64,000 nt of DNA from Alphaproteobacteria bacterium (GTDB taxonomy: Bacteria > Pseudomonadota > Alphaproteobacteria > UBA828), in the NCBI GenBank assembly GCA_965237415.1, contig CBDEFM010000002.1, positions 1,056,001 to 1,120,000 on the forward strand. Direction: 5' to 3'. Made by a program: the position numbers and the translations under genes. Within the stretch, counting starts at the first letter, position 1. Each line of letters begins with the position of its first letter. This document shows, in pieces, positions 16,737 to 26,104 of this stretch. A model generated the notes under the pieces. The model had not been told where the DNA came from, did not search any database, and saw only the letters and a list, made by a program, of their open reading frames with translations.

Positions 16737-17974
16737 GCGACGACGCTGCCGCGGCACCTCAGGCGCCCCCGATCCGCCCGCTCGAAGGGCTCACCGTCGT
16801 CTCCATCGAACAGTACGGCGCCGCCCCCTTCGGCACCATGTACCTCGCCGACCTCGGCGCAGACGTCATCAAGATCGAGAACCACAAGACCGGCGGCGAG
16901 ATGGGCCGCCATGTCCTGCCCTACGCCGAAGACGGCGACAGCCTCTTCTACCAGACCTTCAGCTGCAACAAGCGCTGCCTCGCGCTGGACCTGAAGAAAC
17001 CGCGCGGCCGCGAGATCCTGGAGCGCCTGGCTGGGCGCGCAGACGCCCTCATCAACAACCTGCGCGGCGATCTGCCGGGCGCGCTCGGGCTCGACTATGC
17101 CAGCCTCAGCGCCGCCAACCCGCGCCTCGTCTGCGTGCACCTCTCGGCCTACGGCCGCGACAACGAGCGCGCCGCCTGGCCCGGCCTCGACTACGTGATG
17201 CAGGCCGAGGCCGGCTACCTTTCCATGACCGGGGAACCCGACAGCGTGCCGACCCGATTCGGGCTCTCGGTCGTCGATTTCATGGGCGGGCTCACCGCGG
17301 CGCTCGCGCTGGTCTCGGGCGTCATGCGGGCGCGCGCCACCGGGCAGGGCATGGACCTCGACACCCCGCTCTACGACGTGGCCATGAACAACCTCAGCTA
17401 CCCGGCGACCTGGCACCTCAACGAGGGCTTCGAGCCCAAGCGGGTGGCCCGCTCTGGCCATCCCTCGCTGGTGCCGAGCGAGCTCTACCGCACCGCCGAC
17501 GGCTGGATTTTCGTGATGGCCAACAAGGCGAACTTCTGGCCCGCCCTTTGCCAGGCGATGGAGCGGCCGCAATGGATCGAGGATCCCCTGATGCGGGACT
17601 TCGCCGCACGCTACGAGAACCGGGACGAAGTCGTGCGTCGGCTGGAGGCGGTGTTCCTGACCCGCACCACCGAGGCGTGGCTGGAGCGGCTCGGCGGCGT
17701 CCTCCCCTGCGCGCCGGTCAACGACGTGGCGGGCGCGCTCGCGAGCGGCTTCGCCGAGCAGAGACGTATAGTGCAGGAGGTGCCGCATCCCGCGCGGGGC
17801 GCGATGCGCATGGTCCGCCAGCCGATCACGGTGGACGGCGCCGTCATGCCGCGCCGCGCCGCGCCTGCGCTCGGCGCCGATACCGCCGCCATCCTCGCCG
17901 AGCTCGGTTACCGACCTGACGAGATCGAAGCCCTGGAGGCCGACGGCACGGTCCTCCGCGCCAGCGGCTCATAA
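16733..17974 (+). CDS. Family III CoA-transferase (CaiB/BaiF)
   Basis: LADLGADVIKIE, NKR, catalytic-Asp region GLDYVMQA; GTGA overlap with upstream gene. Confidence 0.93.
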   Translation: MSDDAAAAPQAPPIRPLEGLTVVSIEQYGAAPFGTMYLADLGADVIKIENHKTGGEMGRHVLPYAEDGDSLFYQTFSCNKRCLALDLKKPRGREILERLAGRADALINNLRGDLPGALGLDYASLSAANPRLVCVHLSAYGRDNERAAWPGLDYVMQAEAGYLSMTGEPDSVPTRFGLSVVDFMGGLTAALALVSGVMRARATGQGMDLDTPLYDVAMNNLSYPATWHLNEGFEPKRVARSGHPSLVPSELYRTADGWIFVMANKANFWPALCQAMERPQWIEDPLMRDFAARYENRDEVVRRLEAVFLTRTTEAWLERLGGVLPCAPVNDVAGALASGFAEQRRIVQEVPHPARGAMRMVRQPITVDGAVMPRRAAPALGADTAAILAELGYRPDEIEALEADGTVLRASGS

Positions 17975-18004
17975 CACCGGCGACCCCGCGGGCCGGCTAC
18001 CGCG

Positions 18005-18322
18005 TCATGCCGCATGGATGGTCTCAGCAGACCCCAAGATGGCCTTTCGGCGTAGGTGATTGCAGCTCCGCTCGATGCCGCGGCGGCTCACGAGATCGAC
18101 TTCGCGGCCGAAGAGCGCCCTCAGCTCTTCCTCCATCTCAACCATGTTGAAGAGCGTGTGGCGCGCGCCATCCTTGAACGCGACGAGCACGTCGATGTCG
18201 CTGTCCGGCCCAAAATCGTCCCGCAGGACGGAGCCGAACAGCGCCATCTCCGTCACCTGCCAGCGCTCGCAGAAGGCGGCGAGTCCCTCGGTCGGTATGG
18301 CGATGCGCGCGGTCATGCCCAA
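18005..18322 (-). CDS. Minimal nucleotidyltransferase (MNT/MntA-like antitoxin)
   Basis: LFGSVLRDDFGPDSDIDVLV (GSx10DxD), GREVDLV; about 105 aa. Confidence 0.9.
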   Translation of the reverse strand: MGMTARIAIPTEGLAAFCERWQVTEMALFGSVLRDDFGPDSDIDVLVAFKDGARHTLFNMVEMEEELRALFGREVDLVSRRGIERSCNHLRRKAILGSAETIHAA

Positions 18323-18342
18323 AGCGCCTGATTCGCGCCCTC

Positions 18343-19767
18343 TCAGGCGAAGCTAAAGAGCCGCGCCACCTCTGCCGGCGTGGAGTCTCCATCGAGCGCC
18401 ATCACCGCGTCTAACGCACGCGCGGCCCGGTCGGGTGCGAGCGTCATCGCCGCGTTGTCGCGGAACTTGGCGATGATCTCGTCGGCGCCGAGGGGCCGGC
18501 TGTCGGCGCCTCGATTGACCTGCTCGCGGTGGCTGAGCGTGCGGCCGTCGGTGGTGCGGATCACCACCTCGCCCGAGTAATAGGTCGGGAAGGCCGAGTC
18601 GGGATCGACGCGATAGCTGATCCGGTCGCAGAGCGCGAGCACCGCCGGGTCGGTGTAGGCCTGGGGCTCGAGCTCGGCCAGGGTGAAGCGCCCGCGGGCG
18701 AGCACGCTCGCGATCATGTAGTGGACGCTGAACTGGGCCTCGTAGGCGCTGGCCGGGCGGCGCTTGGCGGCCTCGGGCTCGCATACGACGCTGACACAGC
18801 CCTCGCCGATCAGCGCGTCCACGCTCTCCACATCGTCGGGCGCGATCCCGTGGTCGTCGCGCAGTACCTGTGCCGCATCGCCGAGCGCATGCACCAGGTG
18901 GCAGGCCGGATAGGGCTTGATGCCGATGCGCAGCATCTCCCAATCCTCGCCGAGGCCGGCCGTGCACATCGGCCAGTCGATCGCCGCATCGTGGGCGCCG
19001 TAGAGCGCGTAGAGGCCGAATCGCCCTTCGTATGGTTCGGCCGGACCTCGAAAACCCTGCTGGGCGAGAGCGGCGGCGCTGATCCCGGAAACGGCTGCCC
19101 AGCCGGGGTGCATCCGCTTGGTCCAGGCGCCGTCATCCAGGAACTGCAGGCTGCCGGAAGCCATGCTGAGCGCGATGCCCTGGGCATGGGCGAGCTGCGC
19201 CTCGGTCATGCCCGCGAGCCGGCCGGCGGCGAGCGTCGTGCCGAACACGCCGACCATGCCGGTGGGATGGAAGCCCAGCCGATGGAAGCCGCCCTGGGCG
19301 GCGGCGGCGATGCGCGCCGCGCCCTCGATGGCCGCGAGATAGGCCGCGAGCGTCTCCCGCCCCGAGGCGCCGTGCCGCTGGCCGGCGGCGAGCACCGTCG
19401 GCACCGCGCTCGCCGTGGCATGGATCACGCCGCCGACGTGGGTGTCGTCGTAGTCGAGGCCGTGGATCAGGAAGCCGTTCATCTGTGCGGCGTCGCGCAG
19501 CGGCAGCGCTGCCGGCATCCCGATGACGGGATAGGGCCCGTCGCCGGCAAGTCCGTGGATGGCCGTCAGCGTCTTGTGGCTGAAATCGTAGCGCGACGCC
19601 GCGAGGCCGATGCCCAGCGCGTCGAGGATGTGCAGCTTCGCGCGCTCGATCACGGCTTCGGGCACGTCGTCGAGGGTCAGCTCGCGGGCGAAGCGCGCAA
19701 GCGTGCGCGCGATCGGCTCGCTCCGGGCGGGTTCGGGCTGCGGGGCGGTCGCTTCGGCGAGGGCCAT
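18343..19767 (-). CDS. MmgE/PrpD family protein
   Basis: HGLDYDDTH, GFHPTG, KRMHPG, KPYPAC, AQFS motifs. Confidence 0.93.
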   Translation of the reverse strand: MALAEATAPQPEPARSEPIARTLARFARELTLDDVPEAVIERAKLHILDALGIGLAASRYDFSHKTLTAIHGLAGDGPYPVIGMPAALPLRDAAQMNGFLIHGLDYDDTHVGGVIHATASAVPTVLAAGQRHGASGRETLAAYLAAIEGAARIAAAAQGGFHRLGFHPTGMVGVFGTTLAAGRLAGMTEAQLAHAQGIALSMASGSLQFLDDGAWTKRMHPGWAAVSGISAAALAQQGFRGPAEPYEGRFGLYALYGAHDAAIDWPMCTAGLGEDWEMLRIGIKPYPACHLVHALGDAAQVLRDDHGIAPDDVESVDALIGEGCVSVVCEPEAAKRRPASAYEAQFSVHYMIASVLARGRFTLAELEPQAYTDPAVLALCDRISYRVDPDSAFPTYYSGEVVIRTTDGRTLSHREQVNRGADSRPLGADEIIAKFRDNAAMTLAPDRAARALDAVMALDGDSTPAEVARLFSFA

Positions 19768-19882
19768 CGGGAGTCTCTGTCGTTGTGGGGATCGGCCAGT
19801 CTGACTCTAGCACGGCTCTTTGGAGGCCGCCTTTGCTATGCGATGGTGGCGACGCCTTGCGCTCTTGCCCGGAGAGGAAGAC

Positions 19883-20569
19883 ATGACCGCGCAACCCATC
19901 AAGCCCGCGCTCTTCGACTTTCTGCGCGAGCTCAAGGCCAACAACGAGCGGCCGTGGTTCGAGGCGAACAAGGCGCGTTACCGGGCCGAGGTGCGCGACC
20001 CCATGCTCGACTTCATCCAGGCCTTCGCGGAGCCGCTGGCGGAGATCAGCCCGCACTTCCGCGCCGATCCCAGGCCCAACGGCGGCTCGCTCTTCCGCAT
20101 CTATCGGGACACGCGGTTCTCGAAGGACAAGACGCCCTACAAGACCAATGTCGGCGCGCACTTCCGCCACGAAGCGGGCAAGGATGCCCACGCGCCCGGC
20201 TTCTATCTGCATCTGGAGCCCGGCATGTGCTTCGCCGGCTGCGGCGTCTGGCATCCGGACGGCGCCACGCTCGGGAAGATTCGCGACGCGGTCGTGGAAC
20301 GACCGGAGGAATGGACGCGCATCACCGCGTCCGACGCCTTCTGCCAGACCTTTCACTTGGCGGGCGAGGCGCTCAAGCGGCCGCCGCGCGGCTACGACCC
20401 CGAGCACCCTCTGATCGAGGACCTCAAGCGCAAGGACTTCGTGGCGATCACCGACATCCCCGAGGCCGAGGCGATCCGCCCCGACTTTCTCGTGCGCTTC
20501 ACGACGATTGCGCGCGCCGGTGGCGAGTTGACCGCCTTCCTGTGCAGAGCCGTCGGCGTCCCGTTCTAG
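19883..20569 (+). CDS. DUF2461 (TIGR02453) family protein
   Basis: FLRELKANNERPWF, FRIYRDTRFSKDKTPYKT, LKRPPRGY. Confidence 0.9.
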   Translation: MTAQPIKPALFDFLRELKANNERPWFEANKARYRAEVRDPMLDFIQAFAEPLAEISPHFRADPRPNGGSLFRIYRDTRFSKDKTPYKTNVGAHFRHEAGKDAHAPGFYLHLEPGMCFAGCGVWHPDGATLGKIRDAVVERPEEWTRITASDAFCQTFHLAGEALKRPPRGYDPEHPLIEDLKRKDFVAITDIPEAEAIRPDFLVRFTTIARAGGELTAFLCRAVGVPF

Positions 20570-20588
20570 GAGGGCGTCCTCCCCTGCC

Positions 20589-21035
20589 CTATTCCCCTTT
20601 CGGTGGGGTCGCCGCTGGCCTGGGCGCCCCTTGTGGGAACTCCTGCACACCCTCCGGGAACCTGATCCAGGGATGCTTGCTCTCGCTCCAGACCACGCGG
20701 GCGGGCTCGACAAAGCCGGGCTCGGCGAAACAGCCGACTGCGACGCCGAGATGCTCGGGGCGAAGCTCCGCGGTCCAGTAGACGCTCGTCCCGCACTCGG
20801 GGCAGAAGCGGATGGAGACGTCCAGCCCTGAGTCTGCCACCCTTGAGTGGACCCGTGCCTCGCCCTCTGTCGTCGCCGCCTCCTTGCGGAAGTAGGCGCC
20901 CATCCCGAAGGGGCTGCCGGTGCGCCGCTGGCAGGCCAGGCAGCTGCAGGCCATGACGATGTCGGGATCGCCGACCGTGTTGACCCGGAGCTGACCGCAT
21001 TGGCAGGTGGCCCGATGGGTGTCTGCGCCTGACAT
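20589..21035 (-). CDS. GFA (glutathione-dependent formaldehyde-activating/CENP-V) family protein
   Basis: CxCG, CxCxxCQR, FCxxCG zinc ligands. Confidence 0.88.
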   Translation of the reverse strand: MSGADTHRATCQCGQLRVNTVGDPDIVMACSCLACQRRTGSPFGMGAYFRKEAATTEGEARVHSRVADSGLDVSIRFCPECGTSVYWTAELRPEHLGVAVGCFAEPGFVEPARVVWSESKHPWIRFPEGVQEFPQGAPRPAATPPKGE

Positions 21036-21148
21036 GGGAGTTCTCCGCCGCTCGATCCGATCGGCACACCATAGCCGCGCGGGTGACGGCCGGAAACCGC
21101 CCCGCAGACCATGACCCCGGCGAGAAATCCGGGCTAGGCTGCGAGACT

Positions 21149-23230
21149 ATGCGCCCGGCGATCCTCAATTCGCTCTTCGCGCCGGCGACGGCGTTGCCAG
21201 GACTCGGCCCCCGCACCGCGCCGGCTGTCGAGCGACTGGCCGGGCCGCTGGCGGTGCACCTGCTTTGGCATCTCCCGTCGGGGCTGATCGACCGGCGCCA
21301 CGCGCCGAAGGTCGCCGAAGCCGAGGCCGGCACCACGGCGACGCTCACGGTGCGGGTCGATCGCCACCAGCCCGCGCCGGACCGGCGCCGCCCCGCCAGG
21401 GTCTATTGCTCGGATGAGACCGGGACCCTCACGCTGGTCTTCTTCCACGCGAAGGGCGACTGGCTCCGCCAGAAGCTGCCCGAAGGGACCGTGCGGGTGG
21501 TGAGCGGGCGCGTCGAACGCTACGGCAGCGAAATCCAGATGGTGCACCCCGATCACATCGCGCCGCTCGACGAGCGGGATAGCGTGCAGACGGTCGAGCC
21601 CATCTATCCGCTGACCGCGGGGGTTACGCTGAAGCCGATGACCCGCGCGGTGCGCGCCGCGCTCGCGCGAGCGCCGGCGCTGCCGGAATGGATCGAGCCG
21701 CGCTTGGCGGCGGCGCGTCGGTGGCCGCCCTGGAACGAGGCGCTCGCGGCGGCGCATGCGCCCGAGAGCGCCGCCGACCTGGAAGCGGACACCCCTGCCC
21801 GCTCGCGCCTCGCCTACGACGAGCTGCTGGCGAACCAACTGGCGCTGGCGCTGATGCGCCGCTCCGCCCGAGGCGGGCGGGGCCGCGCCATCGCCGGCGG
21901 CGGCCGGCTGCGCCGCGCGGTCGAGGCCGCGCTCCCCTTCCGCCTGACCGAAGGCCAGCGCGCCGCCGCCGCCGAAATCGCCGAGGACCTCGCGAAGGAA
22001 CGCCGCATGCTCCGCCTCTTCCAGGGCGACGTCGGCAGCGGCAAGACCGTGGTGGCATTGCTTGCCATGCTGGTCGCGGTGGAGGCCGGCGCGCAGGCCG
22101 CGCTGATGGTGCCGACCGAGCTGCTGGCGAACCAGCACGCCGCTACGCTCGGCGCTCTGTTGGAGGGCAGCGGCGTCTCCCTCGCCCTGCTCACGGGGCG
22201 GGATACGGGGCGCGCGAGAGAAAGAACGCTGGCGGCGCTGGCCGCCGGCGAGGTCGATATCCTGGTCGGCACCCACGCGCTCTTCCAGAAGGGGGTCGAC
22301 TTCAAGGACCTCGCCCTCGCCGTGGTCGACGAGCAGCATCGCTTCGGCGTGCACCAGCGCATGATGCTCGCGCGCAAGGGGCCGGCGGCAGACCTGCTGG
22401 TGATGACCGCGACCCCGATCCCGCGTTCGCTCGTGCTCACCGCTTATGGCGACATGGACGTCTCCCGCCTCGAAGGTCGACTGCCGGGCCGGGCCGCCGT
22501 CGAGACCCGCGCCATGCCGCTGGAGCGGCTGGAGGAGGTCGTCGCCGCCGTGCGCCGCGCGCGCTGTACCGGCGCCAAGGTCTACTGGGTCTGCCCGCTG
22601 GTGGAGGAGTCGGAAGCCGTGGACCTCGCCGCCGCGACAGACCGCCATGCACGGCTCGCCGAGGCGTTCGGCGACAGTGTCGCGCTGATCCACGGCCGCA
22701 TGAAGGCGCCGGAGAAGGACGCCGCCATGGCCGCCTTTGCCGAGGGCAGCGCCGACATCCTGGTGGCGACGACGGTGGTCGAGGTCGGTGTCGACGTGCC
22801 CACGGCCACCATCATGATCGTCGAGCACGCGGAGCGGTTCGGGCTCGCTCAGCTTCACCAACTGCGCGGGCGGGTGGGGCGCGGCGAAAAACCGGGCACG
22901 TGCCTGCTGCTCTATGCCCCGCCACTCGGCGAGGCCGCCCGATCGCGGATCAACATTCTCCGCGAGACCGACGACGGCTTTCGCATCGCCGAGGAGGATC
23001 TCCGCCTGCGCGGCGCCGGTGAGTTGCTGGGCACGCGCCAGAGCGGAGCGCCGGACTTCCATCTCGCCGATCTCGCCGTCCACGAGGAGCTGCTGGCGGT
23101 CGCCCGCGACGACGTGCGCCTCGTCCGCGACCGCGACCCGGAGCTCGAATCGGAGCGCGGACAGGCGCTGCGCACGCTGCTTTATCTCTTCGAGCGCGAC
23201 ATGGCGGTGCGCTACCTGCGCTCGGGTTGA
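21149..23230 (+). CDS. recG: ATP-dependent DNA helicase RecG
   Basis: QGDVGSGKT, DEQHRFG, TATPIPR, QLRGRVGRG, TRQSG. Confidence 0.97.
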   Translation: MRPAILNSLFAPATALPGLGPRTAPAVERLAGPLAVHLLWHLPSGLIDRRHAPKVAEAEAGTTATLTVRVDRHQPAPDRRRPARVYCSDETGTLTLVFFHAKGDWLRQKLPEGTVRVVSGRVERYGSEIQMVHPDHIAPLDERDSVQTVEPIYPLTAGVTLKPMTRAVRAALARAPALPEWIEPRLAAARRWPPWNEALAAAHAPESAADLEADTPARSRLAYDELLANQLALALMRRSARGGRGRAIAGGGRLRRAVEAALPFRLTEGQRAAAAEIAEDLAKERRMLRLFQGDVGSGKTVVALLAMLVAVEAGAQAALMVPTELLANQHAATLGALLEGSGVSLALLTGRDTGRARERTLAALAAGEVDILVGTHALFQKGVDFKDLALAVVDEQHRFGVHQRMMLARKGPAADLLVMTATPIPRSLVLTAYGDMDVSRLEGRLPGRAAVETRAMPLERLEEVVAAVRRARCTGAKVYWVCPLVEESEAVDLAAATDRHARLAEAFGDSVALIHGRMKAPEKDAAMAAFAEGSADILVATTVVEVGVDVPTATIMIVEHAERFGLAQLHQLRGRVGRGEKPGTCLLLYAPPLGEAARSRINILRETDDGFRIAEEDLRLRGAGELLGTRQSGAPDFHLADLAVHEELLAVARDDVRLVRDRDPELESERGQALRTLLYLFERDMAVRYLRSG

Positions 23231-23320
23231 TGCGCATTCCCCGGACCATGGTGCGGTGCATAGCGCGCGGCGGGCGCGTCAGGATTGCGCCATGCAGTGC
23301 ACGAGCGAACCGCCCGCACC

Positions 23321-23395
23321 CCACGTCATTGCCGCCGCTTGTCCCGGGGAATCCCACTTATCCCACTTAATCCCACTTAATCCCGGCGAATCCCG
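23321..23395. repeat. Degenerate REP copy followed by (A)TCCCACTTA tandem array
   Basis: cacgtcattgccgccgcttgtcccggggaatccc resembles the REP at 2551; then TCCCACTTA(A) x3. Confidence 0.7.
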
Positions 23396-23469
23396 CATGA
23401 AGAAGTGTGTTGTTCGAGGTGGGACGCGGAACCGGACCGCGAGCGTAGCGAAAAATGCGGGTTAGGCGT

Positions 23470-23808
23470 TCAGCCGGTCAGCGTCGCGAACGGATTGCTG
23501 CCCTCGGGGTCCTCGACCTCGACGATCCAGACGTCCGGATCGAAGTCGATCTCCCGCGTCAGCCGCGCCTCGGCGTCCGCCTCGGGGATCCAGCCCTCGC
23601 CGGTCGCGCGGCGCCAGGTGAGATCGCCGTCGAGCGATTGCGTCCGGGCGAAGACCGCCGCCGTGCCGTCGAGGCGGCTCACCTTGACCAGCAGCGCCCC
23701 CGCGTCGGCATCGCCCCGCCGCCTGAGCACGGCGGCGAGCAGCGCCTGCTGGCAATAGCGGAAGCCCGCCTGCACCAGCACCTCGGTCTTGAGCCGTGCC
23801 TCGGTCAT
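23470..23808 (-). CDS. DUF1491 family protein
   Basis: RLKTEV, GDADAGA, FDPDVWIVEVED. Confidence 0.88.
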   Translation of the reverse strand: MTEARLKTEVLVQAGFRYCQQALLAAVLRRRGDADAGALLVKVSRLDGTAAVFARTQSLDGDLTWRRATGEGWIPEADAEARLTREIDFDPDVWIVEVEDPEGSNPFATLTG

Positions 23809-23836
23809 CGCCGCGCCCCTGCCTCGGGGTCAACCT

Positions 23837-24334
23837 TCACTCGTCTTCCTCGGCCGCGGCGCGGTCGATGAGCGGATGACGCAGGCGGTCGCCGGGAGCG
23901 ATCCCGAGGCGCTCAGCACTGCCGCCCGCCATCTCCAGCACGAAGCGGACCGGCTGGCCGGAGCGTATCCGATTCTCCGAAAGCGGCGTGGTCCGCTCGG
24001 CGATGGTGACGATTCGGCCGTCGCTCTCGGCGAAGAACATGTCGAGGGGAATCAGGGTGTTCTTCATCCACATGGTGACCTGCCGCGTCGCGCGGAAGTC
24101 GAACAGCATGCCGCGGTCTGGCGCGAGTTCGGTGCGGTGCATGAGGCCGACTCCGCGCTCCTCCGGCGTGTCGGCGATCTCGACCATGACGGTGTGAGCG
24201 CCCGCGCCGGTTTCAATCGTCAACGGCTCCGGCGCGTCGTTCTCCGCCGCAACGGCAGAGGCAAACCCCGCAACCGTGAGCAGAGCCACGAGTGCAACCG
24301 CGAGCGCGAGCATCGGCTGTCGGCGAATGACCAT
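23837..24334 (-). CDS. DUF192 family exported protein
   Basis: Signal peptide; EIADT..R..GLM.R, GMLFDF, MWMKNTLIPLDM. Confidence 0.9.
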   Translation of the reverse strand: MVIRRQPMLALAVALVALLTVAGFASAVAAENDAPEPLTIETGAGAHTVMVEIADTPEERGVGLMHRTELAPDRGMLFDFRATRQVTMWMKNTLIPLDMFFAESDGRIVTIAERTTPLSENRIRSGQPVRFVLEMAGGSAERLGIAPGDRLRHPLIDRAAAEEDE

Positions 24335-24507
24335 CGGCGTGGTCTATCGGCTGCGCGCAGTCCCGTAAACCGGATTCGGGCCTCCCAGCTGCCGCCTGCG
24401 CGACGACCGGCCACTCAGGAGCCTCGAACGCGAATTCGGACGATTGTCACGCCTTGTTCGGCCCCCTACCCTAGTGAGCGGTCAGACCTGACAGGGGGGA
24501 CCAGACC

Positions 24508-25005
24508 ATGAAGAAGATCGTCTTGTCATTGGCGGTACTAATAGCGTCGGTAGGCGTGGCGAACGCCGGCCAGTATCTGCAGGCGTCATCGTCCGTGACC
24601 CAGTGCCCGGGCACGGCGCCCGAGGTGGTCGCGATGGATATCGTCGATGCGGCCAAAGGCATCGCCATGGCGAACAATCAGATCACGGTCGGGAAAGCCG
24701 GGGCCTATCTGATCTTCGCCGCACCCCAGGTCGGCCGCGAGGGCGGGGGGCCATACGGCTGCTTCGACCTGTGGCTGCGGATCAACGGCGCCGATGTCGC
24801 CAACTCCAACGTCCAACTCTGCCAGGACGAGGGCAGCATGGCCAAGGACGTCATCATCTCCCAGGGCATCGTCCCCATGGCGGCGGGCGACATGCTCGAA
24901 GTGATGATGTCGGCCAGCAACCCCGAGGCGAACATCTGCATCGAGGCGATTCAGCCAGCCGGTGAGCCGCTGGTGCCGGCGATCATCTTCTCGATGATCA
25001 AGTAG
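24508..25005 (+). CDS. Secreted all-beta protein, possible C1q/TNF/BclA-CTD-like jelly roll
   Basis: Sec signal MKK...ANA; GGGGGA RBS; alternating beta-strand pattern; 4 Cys. Confidence 0.7.
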   Translation: MKKIVLSLAVLIASVGVANAGQYLQASSSVTQCPGTAPEVVAMDIVDAAKGIAMANNQITVGKAGAYLIFAAPQVGREGGGPYGCFDLWLRINGADVANSNVQLCQDEGSMAKDVIISQGIVPMAAGDMLEVMMSASNPEANICIEAIQPAGEPLVPAIIFSMIK

Positions 25006-25009
25006 CGGA

Positions 25010-25060
25010 GAGTGCGCCGCTCCGGACGCCTCGCCGGACTGCGGCGCACTCCTTACTTTC
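25010..25060 (+). terminator. Intrinsic terminator-like hairpin
   Basis: gagtgcgccgc...gcggcgcactc stem followed by cttactttc. Confidence 0.6.
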
Positions 25061-25190
25061 GCTTTCCTCGCTGACCCTTGGTGGCGCGGGGCAATCGCCC
25101 GCGGACGGTCGAGGCAGGCTTGCATGGCTGGTTGCAAGCTGCCATGTAACCTTGCCCAACCGCACACTCTCCAGCCGGGAGCACACGGGA

Positions 25191-26096
25191 ATGGATCCCC
25201 TTATCGGCCAGGCGGCCGGCGGCACGTCGCAGCCGAAGGACACGACGACCCAGAGCTTCGCCGCCGACGTGATCGAAGCGTCGCACTCGACCCCCGTGAT
25301 CGTCGATTTCTGGGCACCCTGGTGCGGCCCCTGCAAGCAGCTTGCACCGATCCTGGAGAGGACGGTGAGGGACGCCGGCGGCAAGGTCGCGCTGGTCAAG
25401 GTCAATATCGACGAGAATCCGGAAATCGCGCAGCAGCTCCGCATCCAATCCATTCCAGCCGTCTTTGCGTTCAATCAGGGGCAGCCGGTCGACGGCTTCA
25501 TCGGCGCTCAGTCGGAAAGCCAGATCAAGGGGTTCGTGGAGCGTCTGGTCGGGCCGATGGGCCCTTCGCCGCTGGAGCAGGCCCTGGAGCAGGCCAAGCA
25601 GGCGCTGGATGACGGCGACTATACCGGCGCGTCGAACATCTACGGCCAGGTCTTGCGGCAGGTGCCGGGCGAGACGGCGGCGATCGCGGGGCTGGTGCGC
25701 TGCCTCGTCGCCGCCGGCGATCTCGCCGAGGCCCGCGAGCTGGTGGACGGGCTCGACGACGATGCGCTGAAGGACGCCGACGTGGAGGGCGCGATATCGG
25801 CGCTCTCGCTCGCCGAGCAGGCCGGCGAGGCCGATAGCGATACCGCCGCGCTCCAGGCGCAACTCGCCCAGGACCCCGGCGATCACCAGGCCCGCTTCGA
25901 CCTCGCCATGGCCCATCACGGCGCCGGGCGCAACGAGCAGGCCATCGACGAGCTGATCGAGATCATTCGCCGCGATCGGGAGTGGAACGAGCAGGCCGCG
26001 CGCCAGCAGCTGCTCAAGCTGTTCGAGGCCCTGGGCCACGCGGAACCGCTCACGGTCGCCGGCCGCCGCAAGCTGTCGTCGATCCTGTTCTCCTGA
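25191..26096 (+). CDS. ybbN: Thioredoxin-TPR co-chaperone YbbN/CnoX
   Basis: WAPWCGPCK thioredoxin domain, TPR helices, C-terminal GRRKLSSILFS. Confidence 0.93.
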   Translation: MDPLIGQAAGGTSQPKDTTTQSFAADVIEASHSTPVIVDFWAPWCGPCKQLAPILERTVRDAGGKVALVKVNIDENPEIAQQLRIQSIPAVFAFNQGQPVDGFIGAQSESQIKGFVERLVGPMGPSPLEQALEQAKQALDDGDYTGASNIYGQVLRQVPGETAAIAGLVRCLVAAGDLAEARELVDGLDDDALKDADVEGAISALSLAEQAGEADSDTAALQAQLAQDPGDHQARFDLAMAHHGAGRNEQAIDELIEIIRRDREWNEQAARQQLLKLFEALGHAEPLTVAGRRKLSSILFS

Positions 26097-26104
26097 GGCA
26101 TGCC

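Noticed and set aside
23341-23395. Possible CRISPR array
   Set aside because: Units are only 9-10 bp with no unique spacers, and no cas genes are in the window
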